Positions 41,801 to 56,378 of a stretch of DNA of 64,000 nucleotides are shown here, one piece after another. A model generated the notes under the pieces. The model was not told the origin of the DNA. It did not search any database and saw nothing but the letters and a program-made list of their open reading frames with translations. The first letter of the stretch is position 1; each line of letters begins with the position of its first letter. Where the stretch lies: the NCBI RefSeq assembly GCF_009914755.1, contig NC_060930.1; one strand, 5' to 3'. Source of the stretch: the human T2T-CHM13v2.0 reference genome, Homo sapiens. A program made the position numbers and the translations under genes.

Positions 41801-44800
41801 AACCTCACATATCATTATTAACCCTAAATGTAAACAGCCTCAATGCTCCACTTAGAGGATATAGATGAGCAAAATGGATTTTTTTTTAAAAAGACCCAAC
41901 CATCTGCTACCTACAAGAGACCACTTAATATGTAAAGATACCCATAGCCTAAAGTAAAGGGGGGTAAAAAGATATGTCATGCAAATGGAAAACAAAAAGG
42001 AGCAGGAGTTGTTCTTCTTATATCAGATAAAACAGTCTCTAAAGTAACAACAGTAAAAAAAAAAAAAAAAAAAAAAAAAGACAAAGAATAGCATTATCCA
42101 ATGATACACGGTCTAATTCAACAAAAAGATTTAACTATCCTAAATACATATGCACCCAGCATCAGAGCACCCAGATTTATAAAACAAATACTATTAGACT
42201 TACAAAAAGAGATAGACAGTCATATAAAAGAGTGAGGGACTTTCAATACCATACTGACAGCAATAAGCTGTCAATGATGACAGATCATTGAGCTTGATCT
42301 GTCGATTTGATTATATAAACTTGACCAAATGGACTAAGAGACACCTACAGAACATTCCACCCAACAACCACAGAATATACATTTTTCTCATCTGTGCATA
42401 AAACATTCTCTAAAATTCACCATATGCTTGCCCATAAAGCAAGTCTCAATAAATGCAAAAAAAAAAAAGTCAAAATCATATTAGGATCTTCCCAGACCAC
42501 AGAGGAATAAAATTAGAAATCAATACCAAGAGAAACTCTCAAAACCACAGAAGTACATGGAAACTAAACAACTTGCTCCTGAATGACTTTTGGGTAAACC
42601 ATAAAATCAAGGCAGAAATCAAAAAAATGTTTTGAAATGAATGAAAACAGACACAACATACCAAAACCTCTGGGATACAGCAAAAGCAGTGCTAAGAGGA
42701 AAGCTTATAGCATTAATTGCTCAAATCAAAAAGACAGATCTCAAATTAACAACCATTAATGCCACACCTCAAGGAACTAGAAAATCAAGAACAAACCAAA
42801 CACAAAGCTAGCAGAAGAAAAGAATAATAACAAAGATCAGAGAAGATTTGATCTCAATTAAATTGAAACCAAAAAAATCATACAAAGGATCAACAAAACA
42901 CAAAGTTGGTTCTCTGAAAAGGTAAACAAAATTGTTAGACGGCTAGCTAGACTAACAAAGAAAAAGAGAAGATTCAGATAAGCACAATCAGAAATGATAA
43001 AAGTAACATTACAACTGATAACACAGAAACACAAAGGATCATCAGAGACTACTATGAACATCTCTAAGTGCACACACTAGAAAACCCAGAGTACATGAAT
43101 AAATTTCTGGAAGCATACAACCCCTCAAGAGAAATAGAAATTCTGAACAGACCAATAACGAGTAATGAAATTGAATCAGTAACAAAAAAATGTAACAACT
43201 ACAACAAAAAAAGAACCCAGGACCAGACGGATTCACAGTTGAATTTTATCAGATGTACAAAGAGCTAGAACCAATCTTACTGAAATCATTCCAGAAAATT
43301 AAGGAAGAGGAATTCCTCCATAAATAATTCTATGAAACCAGTATCATAATGATACCAAAATCTGATAAGAACACATCAAAAAAGAAAACTACAGGCCAAT
43401 ATCTCTGATGAACATAGATACAAAAATCCTCAACAAAATACTAGCAAACTGAATCCAACAGCACATCAAAAAGATAATCCATCACAATCAGATGAGTTTT
43501 ATTTTAGGGATGCCAAGATGGTTCAACATATGCAAGTCAATTAATGTCATTCACCACGTAAACAAAATTAAAAACAAAAGACATAAGGTCAACTCAATAG
43601 ATGCTGAAAAAGCATTTGATAAAATCCAACATCCCTTCATGATAAAAAAAAAAAAAACTCAACAAACTAGGCATCAAAGTAACATACCTCAAAATAATAA
43701 GAGCCATATATAACAAACCCGTAGCCAACATCATACTGAATGGGGAAAAGTAAAATGCATTCCTCTTCAGAACTAGAACAAGACAAGGATTTCACTCTTA
43801 CAGCTCCTAAATAGCACAGTACTAGAAGTCCTAAACATAGCAATTAGGTAAAAGAAAGAAACAAAAGGTATCCAAACTGAAAAAAAGAGTGAAATTATCT
43901 CTGTTCCCTGATAACATGATCTTATACCTAGAAAAATCCTAAAGATTCCTCCAAAAGACTCCTAGACTTGATAAACAACTTCAGTAAAGTTTCAAGAAAC
44001 AAAATTAATGTACAAAAATCAGTTGCATTTCTATACAACACTCAAGCTGCAAACTAAATCAAAAAGTCAATCCCATTTATTATAGCCACACAAACACACA
44101 AAATACCTAGGAATACACTTAACCAAAGAAGTAAAAGACCTCTACAAGGAGAACTACAAAACACTAATGAAAGAAATCAGAAGTGACACAAAAAATGGAA
44201 AAACATCTCATGCTCATGGATTAGAAGAATCAATACCATTTAAGTGACCATACTGCCCAAGGCAATCTACAAATTCAATGCAATTCCTATAGAATCAGCA
44301 TTATTTTTCACAGAATTAGAAAAAACTATTCTAAAATTCACATGGAACCACAAAAGAGCCCAAATAGCCAAAGCAATCCTAAGCAAAAAGAGCAAGGCCA
44401 GAGGCATCACATTACCTGACTTCAAACTATACTACAAGGCTATAGTAACCAAACCAGCATGGAACTGGTACACAAATCGACACACAAGCCAATGGAACAA
44501 AATAGAGAATCCAGAAATAGAGCCACACACTGACAACCAACTGATCGTCAACAAAATCAACAAAAATAAACAATGGGAAAAGGACTCTCTATTCAATAAA
44601 TGGTGCTGGGAAAAACTGGCTTGCTATATGCAGAAGAATGAAACTGGATCCCTATCTCTCACCATATACAAAAATTAACTAAGGATGAATTAAAGGCCTA
44701 AATGTAAGACCTGACACTCAAAAAGTCCTAGAAGAAAACTTAGGAAAAACTCTTCTGGACATTAGCCTAGGCAAAGAATTTATGACCAAGTCCTCAAAGG

Positions 44801-45454
44801 CAAATGCAACAAAACCAAAAATAGACAAATGGGAATTAATTCAACTAAAAAGCTTCTGCACAGCAAAAGAAACAATCGATAGAGTACATAACCTACAGAA
44901 TGGGAAAAATATTTGCAAACCGAACTATGCATCCAACAAAGAGCTAATATCCAGAATCCATAAAGAACTCAAATTAATACAAAAAAAAACCATTAAAAAG
45001 TAGGCAAAGGACATAAACAGACATTTTCCAAAAGAAGACATACAAGCAGCCAACAAACAGGAAAAAATGCTCAATATCACTAATCATCAGAGAAATGCAA
45101 ATTAAAACCACAATGAGATACCATCTCATACCATTCAGAATAGCTATTATTAAAAAGTCAAAAATAACAGATATTAGTGAGACTGTGGAGAAAAGGGAAC
45201 ATTTATACACTGTTAGCAGGAATATGAATTAGTACAACCCCTATGGAAAACATTATCAAGATTTCTCAAAGAACTAAAAATAGGACTACCATTTGATCCA
45301 GCAATCCCACTACTGGGTATTTACCCAAAGGAAAAGAAATCATTATATCAAAAAGACACCTGCATTTGTCTGTTTATCACAGCACTATTCACGATTGCAA
45401 AGCCAAAGAATCAACCTAAGAGTCCATCAGTGGTTAACTGGATAAAGAAAATGT
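38890..45454 (+). mobile_element. Near-full-length old L1 (L1PB/late L1PA age class), ORFs disrupted, 3'UTR and poly(A) absent
   Basis: GC-richer 5'UTR ~38890-40400, ORF1 remnants ~40880-41700, ORF2 EN/RT remnants ([16 protein letters not shown]; [14 protein letters not shown]; LFNKWCWE); many stops and frameshifts; antisense to SLC22A16. Confidence 0.92.
40423..40786 (-). mobile_element. THE1 (THE1B-like) solo LTR inserted in the L1
   Basis: 364 bp, TG...CA, 5-bp TSD agctc at 40418-40422 and 40787-40791; gctgctgataaagacatacc motif. Confidence 0.9.

Positions 45455-45510
<56 letters not shown>
45455..45510 (+). repeat. (GATA)14 perfect tetranucleotide STR
   Basis: 56 bp of uninterrupted gata. 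Confidence 0.97.
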
Positions 45511-45512
<2 letters not shown>

Positions 45513-45690
45513 CTGCATTCAATCTGATGAGTTATTACACATCATCTAGCCTCTGGAAAACTCTACTGTACTTTCATGAGAGAATGAGAGTTTTTAAAAA
45601 GACAGCTAATATCTTAGTATTGCTAGAAAAAAGTTTTACCCTTGCAGACTTCAAAGACCTACAAGAATTCTCACATTTTGAGACCTGCTG
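45511..45690 (-). mobile_element. hAT-Charlie (Charlie1-like) end; other end at ~38762-38885
   Basis: TIR-like cagcagttctcacac at 38762 and ttttgagacctgctg at ~45689; agcctctggaaaactc...gagagaatgagag. Confidence 0.6.
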
Positions 45691-46894
45691 GTCTAGCCTG
45701 TTCCTCTCATACTCCTCTCTCTCTGCGTTTTTTTTCCCTCCAACCTAAATGCCGATTTTCAGTCTCTTTATCCTTCACTGCCAGCTTCTCTCAGTCCTGT
45801 CTTTTTACTTGCTTCCGCCTTTCCCATTCTCACTCATTTATGCATTTTCTAGTCCCCACTTTTCCTTCTCTTCCTTCTCTTCTATGAACACAATATGCAG
45901 CTGAAGTACCATTCTGTTATTTATGTTGATTTTTTTAAAGAACACCAGGTGAATGTTTTCTATTTCTCTACCAAACCAACAACAGAAGTCCTATAAAAGG
46001 TTGAGTTAAAGTCTCATCAGAGCAGAAACTGTGGTTCAGTCACTTTAGTATCTCCTGTAGCACCCAGCACAGTGTGTAGTGCAGTGGCTATAGAATGCTG
46101 GAGAATACCTTGGGCTGAAAATGAACAGTGCTGAAATTGACTCATACTCAGTACTCTGCTAAAGAGAGATGTTCAATAGGCCAGTGTATCCAAAAATTTA
46201 GCCTGGGTCCCCCATCAGTTAAATTTTAAAAAGTGTATGTGTGCACAGATGTGCATGTAGACATATAAAGTGAACATGTATACACACACATATTCATATA
46301 ATGCTAAATTAACTTATTATGTATATTGAAATATAAACTTCTATTTGTACATATTGACTTCTATGCACACATTCATATATAAAATGGGTGTTTTCTGGTG
46401 GCAGTCCAAGGGATCATCTCTACCGCCCACTGGTGAACACACCCCACTTTGGAGACTATCACAACCTAGTGACCTCTCCAAGTCCTCACAGATAACTGCC
46501 AGGCTGGCATGTAGCCACCATTCCTCACTTCTCATAGAACCTCATGTAGATAAATAATAGGTTAAATGGAATGAATTTGAAGTCTTGTGGCTATCAGGAC
46601 ACCACAGGCTGGTCATGTTGGCCACAGTTTCAAAACTGAATTCTATCTATGGCATTGGCCCTTGTAGCTAGCTAGTCCACGAAAGAAAACTACAAAGCAA
46701 AATGCAGGCGGGAAGTAAGTAGTGTTCTTCTAGCTCCAGGATGAGAAAGAACACACTAATTCCTATTCTTAGGGTCTCTTTGGGATGGGCAGCCAACAGA
46801 AGAGCTTGGAGCCCCAGTGCTTGATGGGCTAATGGGAGCTAGCTCTGTTTTTTCCAAAAACATTAATATGTCCCTGCCAGTAGTAAAATGATCA

Positions 46895-47240
<346 letters not shown>

Positions 47241-47785
47241 AAATCAGCCTCAGTCCATCCTAGACAGAGGGGTTGGGCAGGAACAGTAGGCTGAGAAGAC
47301 AGGCCGGTGTTGCTCTTGCTCAAAAGACCCCACAGGCTAACATCTTGGCTTGAAGATGAGTGGTGCTGACCCTCACACCTGCAGGTCAGAATCCCTCGTC
47401 CCCAGCCCCTGCACTGGCTGCCGTGTCACCACAGAGCCTTGGGGTTGCTATATTGCCTGTGGCCTCATGGGGGTGAGCACCTAGCATGGCTGGTGGGTCA
47501 CCTGCCCTTGGGAAGCAGGCTTGTCCATTCAGAAGGTGTTTCTTCCTTCCCTGTCATTTTCTCAAGAGGCATCTTCCAGGCAATAAGAATGGCTCTCTTA
47601 AGAGACTCCTTGACCCTACAGTGCCATCCAGTCTGCTTCTATTGCACAGATTGTAGATGGGCTTCATCTTACACAGCAGAAGTCAATTCTCCCCTCTTTA
47701 CTCTACTCTATTCACTCCTGCCTGTACTGTACGTGGCAGCTTATTCAGCATTGTCTTGGTCACTGTGCATAATACTAACATCTTA

Positions 47786-48100
47786 GGCCGGGCGCAGTGG
47801 CTCATGCCTATAATCCCAGCACTTTGGGATGCTGAGGCGGATCACTTGAGGTCAGGAGTTCAAGACCAGCCTTGAACTCCTGGTGAAACCCCATCTCTAC
47901 TATAAATGGTGAAACTCCATCTCTACTATAAATACAAAAATTAGCCAGGCAGTTGCGGGTGACTGTAGTCCCAGCTACTCAGGAGGCTGAGGCATGAGAA
48001 TAGCTGGAACCTGGAAGCATACGTTGCAGTGAGCCAAGATCGTGCCACTGCACTCTAGCCTGGGCAACAGAGAGAGACCCTGTCTCAAAAATAAATAAAT
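47786..48100 (+). mobile_element. Alu (AluS) with internal inversion and duplication
   Basis: TSD aatactaaca(t/c)ctta; see findings. Confidence 0.9.
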
Positions 48101-49618
48101 ACTAACACCTTATATTGGATCATACTTTAAAGCATGTTCACACTCATTATCTCATTTAATCATCCCAACATACATCAGAGTTTGTGAGCCAGCTGACAAA
48201 CTAAAAAAAATCTTTGCTTAGTGAATCGCTGATGTAAATAAAGTGGGAAATTAATCTTGCTTAAGGAAACAGTTCATATGTACTAATTTTTTGTAAAATC
48301 AAGCACCTAGTTGTCTCTGTTTTGCTAAAAGACATTACACTAATGGGTGTTATTGTCTGCTCTTGTTAATAATAAAACTTGACTTCCCTAAAAGTAACCA
48401 GTAGTCAACATCACAAAGATATCAACTCTCCCAAAGTTAATTTATAAATTTTATTTTCAGCAGTGTCTGCAACTGCAAAACATAGAAAACTGAAATGTCC
48501 ATTGACAGGAGACTGGTTAAAGAAATTATGGTGAAAGTATGATAAAAGTGTAGATACTCCTAGGAGATCCTAGAGGGAAAGGGTAGCATGTAGTTTTTAA
48601 CTAAAGGAGTATTCCTAGTCTGAGAATCACCCCATCCAGATCATTACAGTGTGGCTTGTGGTGGGCCAGCATCTACCCGCTAGACACCATGGCAATAAGA
48701 GGCATGAAAATCAGGTCCTCTTGAAACTAAATTTTGTTGAGAGCCTAAGGAGCACCCTATAATAACAATCCCATATGAATATGACTGGAAATAGAACATA
48801 AATCATGTACGTATGGTGCACATATTTATAATTATTTGACTCCCATCCCTGAAATTTCAACTCAGCAAACGACAACACAGCCCCTGCAAACAGCAGGCAT
48901 GTTTAACTTGCCTAAAGTTTACCTGAGGCATTTGGGTTTGTTCCCTAACTAGTCTCTACCTGGAACAGCTCCACCACTGAAAAGCTCAGGTTCTGAGCAT
49001 GACCTCCCACCCTCTTACTTCCCCCATCCTTCCCACTGACCCCATTTCCAGCACCATTCAGGCGTCCAGTCTTCAGATCCTACCAGCTTCTTCAGTTTGT
49101 TTCTACCTTCCTGGCCTCAGTTTTTTTCTTCCTCAGCCAGTGACCCCCACAGTCATCACCACATCACCAGAACTATTCTCTCTCTCTCTTCCCCTCTCCT
49201 TCTCTCTTTGTGTCTTTTTCTCTTGTGCACACACACACATACACCAACACAGCACCCACCCTGGCAGGCCTCTGAAGCTAGGATTTGTCTTTTCTGTCCC
49301 CCTCTTAGCAATCGTGATTCAGGAGGTCTAAGGTGGGGTCAAGGCCCCTACAAGCTTAAGAAGCTTCTTAGGAGATGCTGATACGGATGAAAACATTGCC
49401 CCAGGATATCTAGTTTTCTGGTTAAACTATGTACTGGTACAAGGTTTGACATTCAAAATACTGGACAATTGTTGTGGAGCAACTGAAAAACCAATAAACA
49501 GCTTGTGAGGGTGACATTTGTTATAACCATTTTGCAAAACTCTCTGGCAGGGGACCACATGCACCGCCTGTGACAGCATCTCCTAGGTATCTACCCAGCA
49601 AAATGCATACACAGGTAG

Positions 49619-49958
49619 AGCCACATGCCACAAAACAACGTTTCGGTCAATGATGAACCACATATACAACAGTGGTCCCATAAGATTATAATATTAATAT
49701 CATATTTTTACCACACCCTTTCCATGTTTAGGTACACAAATACTTCCCATTGTGTTACAATTGCCTACAGTATTCAGTACAATAACATGCTGTGCAGGTT
49801 TGTAGTCTAGGAGCAGTGGGCTATACCATAGAGCCTAAATGTGTAGCAGGCTGTACCATCTAGGCTTGTGTAAATAAAATCTGTGATGTTTGCAGAACAA
49901 CAAAATCACCTAACGATGAACTTCTCAGAAGTATCTCTGTCGTTAAGCAAAATATAAC
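49619..49958 (+). mobile_element. Tigger3a within L1ME fragments (~49440-50380)
   Basis: acaacgtttcggtcaatgatgaaccacatatac...ggtcccataagattataat. Confidence 0.82.
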
Positions 49959-51494
49959 CCTACCCTAAAAGACAAATGCAAGAAAGGCAACTCATATAAG
50001 CCCAACCTGGACACAGTCTAAACGTCTGTTGACAGTAAATGAATGAACCGTGAAATATTTGTGCCATTAAATACTATGTAGCTGTGAAAATCGACTAACC
50101 TCTGTGACACACAATATAGGTGGATCTCACAAACACAGTGTGGAACAAAAGAAGCCAAAGGGCAAGTGCCTTTTACCCCACTTATGTAACATTTAGTATC
50201 GTTGATGTAAGGACAGTAGTGAGCTTGGGGGACAGGGACGGAGTAGGGCTTGGGAGAAGGCATAAGAGGAGATGATTTGGGTGGGGGTAACACAGGTGTG
50301 TTCACTGTATGACAACTCATCAGGCTGTAGATTATGGTGGACACTTTTCTGCATATATGTAATATATCAATTTAAAAGTTTTCTATCTACAGCGCCCAGG
50401 GAGAGGGAAAACTATTCAGCAACACCCTTGCTGAGGCACAGCTGGAACAGGTGCCAGGCATGCCTAATCTGTCCACAAGGCACTGGTCCAGCTGGACTGC
50501 AGCCCTGGGTGGCCACCTGATCCATATTGACAAGGGGGCATTTTCCCTGAGCAACAGATTATCTACCCAACTTCCCACTTGATGTCTCCACCTGGAATTC
50601 CCACAAGGAACTCAAGGTAAACCAATCTCAAACTGAGCTCGATATCTAGGCCTGCCCCGCCTGGAGGGTAACTTTCTGAGTTTAGGCTACCATCACCCAC
50701 ACAAACTAGAAATCCAGGGCATGGGACATGGGGTGGGCTAGGAGGGGCATGTGGTCCCATTCACTTCTCCTTCATGCCTTAGGGCCAAGAGCTCCCATCA
50801 ACTCCACCTGCTAAAACTGTCTGGTTCTCCCTGCCCACACTCCCACTCTCCAGACCCTCTTTCTCTCTCACCTGGGCTCTTATCTAGGTCTTCACTGGCC
50901 CCCTTGCCCCACTCGCTGCCCCTCCAATCCACCCTCTGCACTGCAAAACCCAAACTTCTGATACCCAAACTTTGCAAAAACACTCATGGAGATGACTGTA
51001 AGCTTACCTCCTGCCTCTCTCACTCTCATATTTTATACCCCCAAAATAATAAACCACTAAGTGGCCCCCAATCAAGCCATGCTAGTTCACATAAACACAC
51101 TTTCCATGTGCTAGAAAGGTCCTAAGCACTCCTTCAATTCAAATTTCCCTTTCCCTTTTGCAAGAATAACCTCTTGAAAAAAAACCAAGCCCCATTTCCT
51201 TAGGCGTCTAGCATTCTAACACATCACTCTCTCTTTTACAAAGATTCTTGGCCCTCAGAGGTGTCATGCATGTACCCAACCTAGGGGTCCACCAGGACAA
51301 CAGGCTTATAGATATGACACTCTAATGGAAAAATAATCACACAAACACAATCGGCAGAAAACCCAGAGGCGAGGAAAAGCAAGGGCGGCCAGAAGCCCCA
51401 GGGAATGGACCCATGCAATCTGAGTGACGGATGAAGAAAACTGCTTTCAGTCCTAGATTATACCATTCCATATAAAAGCATAACTGGTGGAGTC

Positions 51495-51700
51495 CATCAT
51501 GGCTAAGAGCATGGACTCTGGAGCCAGACTGCCAAGGTTTGATCTTGGCCCTGTTACTTACCACCAGGGACCATGAGCAAGATCCTTAGCCTTTCTGTGC
51601 CTCAGTTTCCTCATCTAAACTATGGGCTTTGTGGGAATGAAATGAGTTAACACATGGAAAGCACTCTATGACACACCGTAGCTGTATATAAATGATAGAT
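51495..51700 (+). mobile_element. MIR
   Basis: ggctaagagcatggactctggagccagactgcc...ctgtgcctcagtttcctcatct. Confidence 0.8.
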
Positions 51701-51947
51701 GTTATGATGTTCACACACTGAAGTCAAAAAAGAGCCAGAAAAACTCTATATACTGAAACAAAACAAAACAAAACCCTACCTCTATCCATTGATGAAGGTC
51801 TGCCACAGGCTCCACATTCCAACTCTAAACTTTTAAACCGTCTCTCCTCTTAACCCAGGACAACTAACTCAGGGATCCAGGTTCAGATCCTCCCAACACA
51901 GGTGCCTAAATTTCAGTCTTCTCAATTTCTTTTCATATGGAGCTTAA

Positions 51948-52402
<455 letters not shown>

Positions 52403-52435
52403 TGAGAAATGAGAGGTAATCAGGGTTCTCTACTG

Positions 52436-52838
52436 TAGGGGTCCCAAAGCCCCAGGCCATAGACCAGACTGGTCCATGGCCTGTTAGAAACTGGACCACA
52501 CAGCAGGAGGTGAGCAGCGGCCAGCGAGCATTACTTCCTAAGCTCCACCTCCTGTCAGATCAGCGGCGGCATTAGATTCTCATAGGAACGTGAACCCCAT
52601 TGTGAACTGCACATGCGAGGGATCTAGGCTGAGTGCTCCTTATGAGAATCTAATGCCTGATGATCTGAGGTGAAACAGTTCCATCCTGAAACCATCCTCC
52701 CGACCCCACCACAGGTCTGTGGAAAAAATATCTTCCACGAAACCAGTCCCTGGTGCTAAAAAGGTTAGGGACCAGGTCTGTGGAAAAAATGTCTTCCACA
52801 AAACCAGTCCCTGGTGCTAAAAAGGTTGGGGACCACTG
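52436..52838 (+). mobile_element. MER1B hAT element with a 61-bp terminal tandem duplication
   Basis: 8-bp TSD ctctactg/ctctactt; gcattagattctcatagga...tccttatgagaatctaatgc internal palindrome. Confidence 0.9.
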
Positions 52839-54599
52839 CTCTACTTAACACTTTCACTAGGATCCCTTAAAGAGAGGACTAAATAATCATCACAATAACT
52901 TTCCTTTCTGTTTATAAAGAATAGATACCAATTAGAACAAATACCTGAGAAAAATGTGGTACTGTGTTGCAGTCACACAGTCTTCATCTTCTGCTATATA
53001 AGCAGTGGTTTGTTACCCTTTTCCCTCCTGTAAGCTGCTTTCACGAGTCAACCCTGACCACCAATATGGGAACTCAGGTAATGATAATAGCCATGACTTA
53101 TTGAGAACTTACTGAATAATAAGACTTTTGCATACATTATGGTGGCCAGCTAAGAGCTGTCTCCTCAAACCCATTTGCCCCCTCTTCACCGTAGTGAGCT
53201 GTCACCATGGGTGCGCAGCTGCTCCAGGCACAGACAGGGAGCCCCATGCAGTGGATGACAGAGCTGTCCCACCTGCCAGGGTCCTTGAATGGTCTCGTGG
53301 CACAGATCCTGCTGTGGGCAGTTACTGGAGAGGCATAAACTTCCATTTGAGGAATCTGTTTGATTGGGCACTTTAGTCAAACACCAACTAATATAATTAC
53401 CTCAGCTAATCCCTAAAAAACACAGGGGAACTAAGATGTAAGTACCACCTACCTCATTGAGTTACTGTAAGGATGAGAAACTGCATGCAGAGTCCTCATA
53501 TACACATTTTCACTACTCCTATTTGAAAACATTTGTACTATTATTAGCCCCATTTTACAGATAAGAAAGTGGTAAATAAAATGCTCAAGACCGTATAGTT
53601 AATGTGTGGTAGCGCCAGAGTGGGAACTTAGACATCCAGCCTTAAAACTGATCTTTTAACCTCTGTGCTATTCTGCTTCCAGAAGGATGAAATGAGATCA
53701 TACATAAAGAGCTTGGCCCAGCTGAGGAGCCGTCACCTAACCGTGCTCAGGAGTGCATCATGGTTGAGAGTGTGGGCTGTGGAGGTGATGGGCATCCAAT
53801 GGCATCCAATTCTGCCCTGCTAGTATTAGATTTGTGCTTAGGCAGAAACCTTGGTTTTCTCATCTGTGAAAAGAGGGTGATACTACCAACCTTATAAGGC
53901 TGTAGTGAAGATTAAAGGAAGTAACATGTACCAACGGCTTATGACCGAGCCAGGCACAAGGCAGCGTTCAATGATGCAAGCAGAGGAAGAAGGGAACAGC
54001 TGGGGCTTCCTGCCCGTTTCCTCTGTCCTAACAGCTCCTTTTTGCAGACACTGGGAATCAAAACCAAAACGCATGCAACCTTCCACCTTGAAGAACAGCA
54101 CCACATCATCTCTTTGCTAAGCCTGATTCCCGTTTTCTGGATAGGAAACTGACACACAAAGTATCTCCAGAATCATATCAGAGGTAAGTAGCAGGCCAGG
54201 ATCGAGACGCAGCTCCAAATCTCCGGCCATAACGCTGCATGGCCCCTCACCCGGCTACCTCCCCTCTCAAAACACTCTGAGTCAGATAGAGGAGCTCTGT
54301 CCATGAGTGAACGAACGAATGAATAATTTAAATTTTTTAAATCAATTTGACAAATGAAAAGAGGGTGTACGGAGGTTAAACGTGGTTCCACCATGCGTTG
54401 GCTATGAGTCCTTGACCCCGCCAGCTTGTTTCCCAATCACTAAAATAAGGATTTGAACACCTCCTTTGCAGGGTCCCGGTGAACATCAAATGAAGAACTA
54501 TGTGTAAGCGCCAGGTACAGTGTACCTGGCAGGTATTAGGTTTTAATAAACGGCAACCAACTCTGACTAACGGTTGTCCCTGGGGAACACCTGCCAGGC

Positions 54600-55510
54600 A
54601 CAGAGGGAGGCCCTACGGAGGCGCAGGGCAGAACTGGGCAGCAGCCGTCTAGGGAAGTGGCGGCGGATTAGAGAAACGGGCGGCCAGGCACAGGCACCCC
54701 CTACGAGTGAGATCTGGCCCCTCGAGGGGGGCCTCCAGCATCTGCTGCCGCGGAGAGCACGCACCAGGTCCCTCCTGCCCGGCAACAGGCGCACTCCGAG
54801 CGAGCCCAGCGCCTCTGCTCACCATGCCAGGTCCCGCTGCCAGAGGCCTAGAGGAGAAGCCCAGCTCGGGGCCGGCGTCTGGACGCCCGTGTCCCGACTG
54901 CGCGGGGTAAGGAGGGAGTGGAGATGTTTTCGGATCGCGAGCGCCGCGCGAGAACCCCGCCGCAACGGAAAGAAACAGACCCCTCGGCGCCGCCTCCCGC
55001 GTGGCGCGCCCCACCCCTCTCCCCCATACCTGCCGAAGTGCCCCACGTGGTCATAAATCCCCTCGAAGTGGCGGGACCCCATGGTGCGGCCGTGCACTGG
55101 GCGCCGAGTTAGCCGAGCTCCGGGGGCTGCGGGTAGCGCGCCCCGCCCCGAACCTCCCCGCCCGGCCTCCTGCTCTCCCCGCGCGTCCCAGTGCTCGGGA
55201 CCAGCGCGACGCTGTATTCTGTTCCTCCCTCCGTCGCTTGGCCCCTCGGTCCCCCCCAAGTATCTTCGGCTTTTTTCCTGCCGCCTCGGCCTCCTTCCCG
55301 GCGCTGTGGTCCCGGCGCCCGCAGTCGCATGGTGCCCTCGCCCCCAGCCCCGCCGCTCTCCCACCCGCCCCGCCGCCCACCCTGGCTCTTGGCACCATGT
55401 CTGCGGGGTCGCCACGCTCGAGGGAAGCCCCGACGCCTGGGAAAAGTTGTCGCTGAGAGAGAGCCCAGGGTGGGAATGCAAGGGCTAGGCTCGGTCCGGG
55501 GGCCGCAAGA
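54600..55510. promoter_or_regulatory. CpG island / TATA-less promoter of SLC22A16 with GC boxes
   Basis: Very high GC and CpG density around exon 1; GGGGCGGGG (Sp1-type) on the minus strand at 55141-55149, with further CCCGCCC boxes near 55158 and 55363. Confidence 0.9.
55030..55082 (-). CDS. SLC22A16: SLC22A16 coding exon 1 (53 nt, MGSRHFEGIYDHVGHFG-R)
   Basis: ATG at 55082-55080 in strong Kozak context GCCGCACCATGG; donor AG|GTATGG after 55030; phase 2 matches exon 2. Confidence 0.96.
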
Positions 55511-55606
55511 ATATATAGCCTTCAGCATGACGCCCCTCAGAAACATGGCTCTCAAACTTTAATGCCTAAGAATCTACTGCAGAACTTGGTTTAAAAGGTA
55601 CATTTA

Positions 55607-56378
<772 letters not shown>

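Noticed and set aside
41790-45454. Active L1 ORF2
   Set aside because: Fragmented into short ORFs by many stops and indels, and the element lacks a 3'UTR and poly(A).
53128-53380. Non-repetitive segment with short ORFs as a possible alternative exon in intron 1
   Set aside because: I could not define a convincing acceptor/donor pair in phase with exon 2; transcript data would be needed.
53791-53810. ggcatccaat tandem 10-mer
   Set aside because: Simple two-copy slippage within a MIR-like region; nothing further to support.
54567-55562. Many overlapping 115-220-aa ORFs on both strands
   Set aside because: Expected from stop-codon scarcity in a CpG island; only 55030-55082 is supported as coding.
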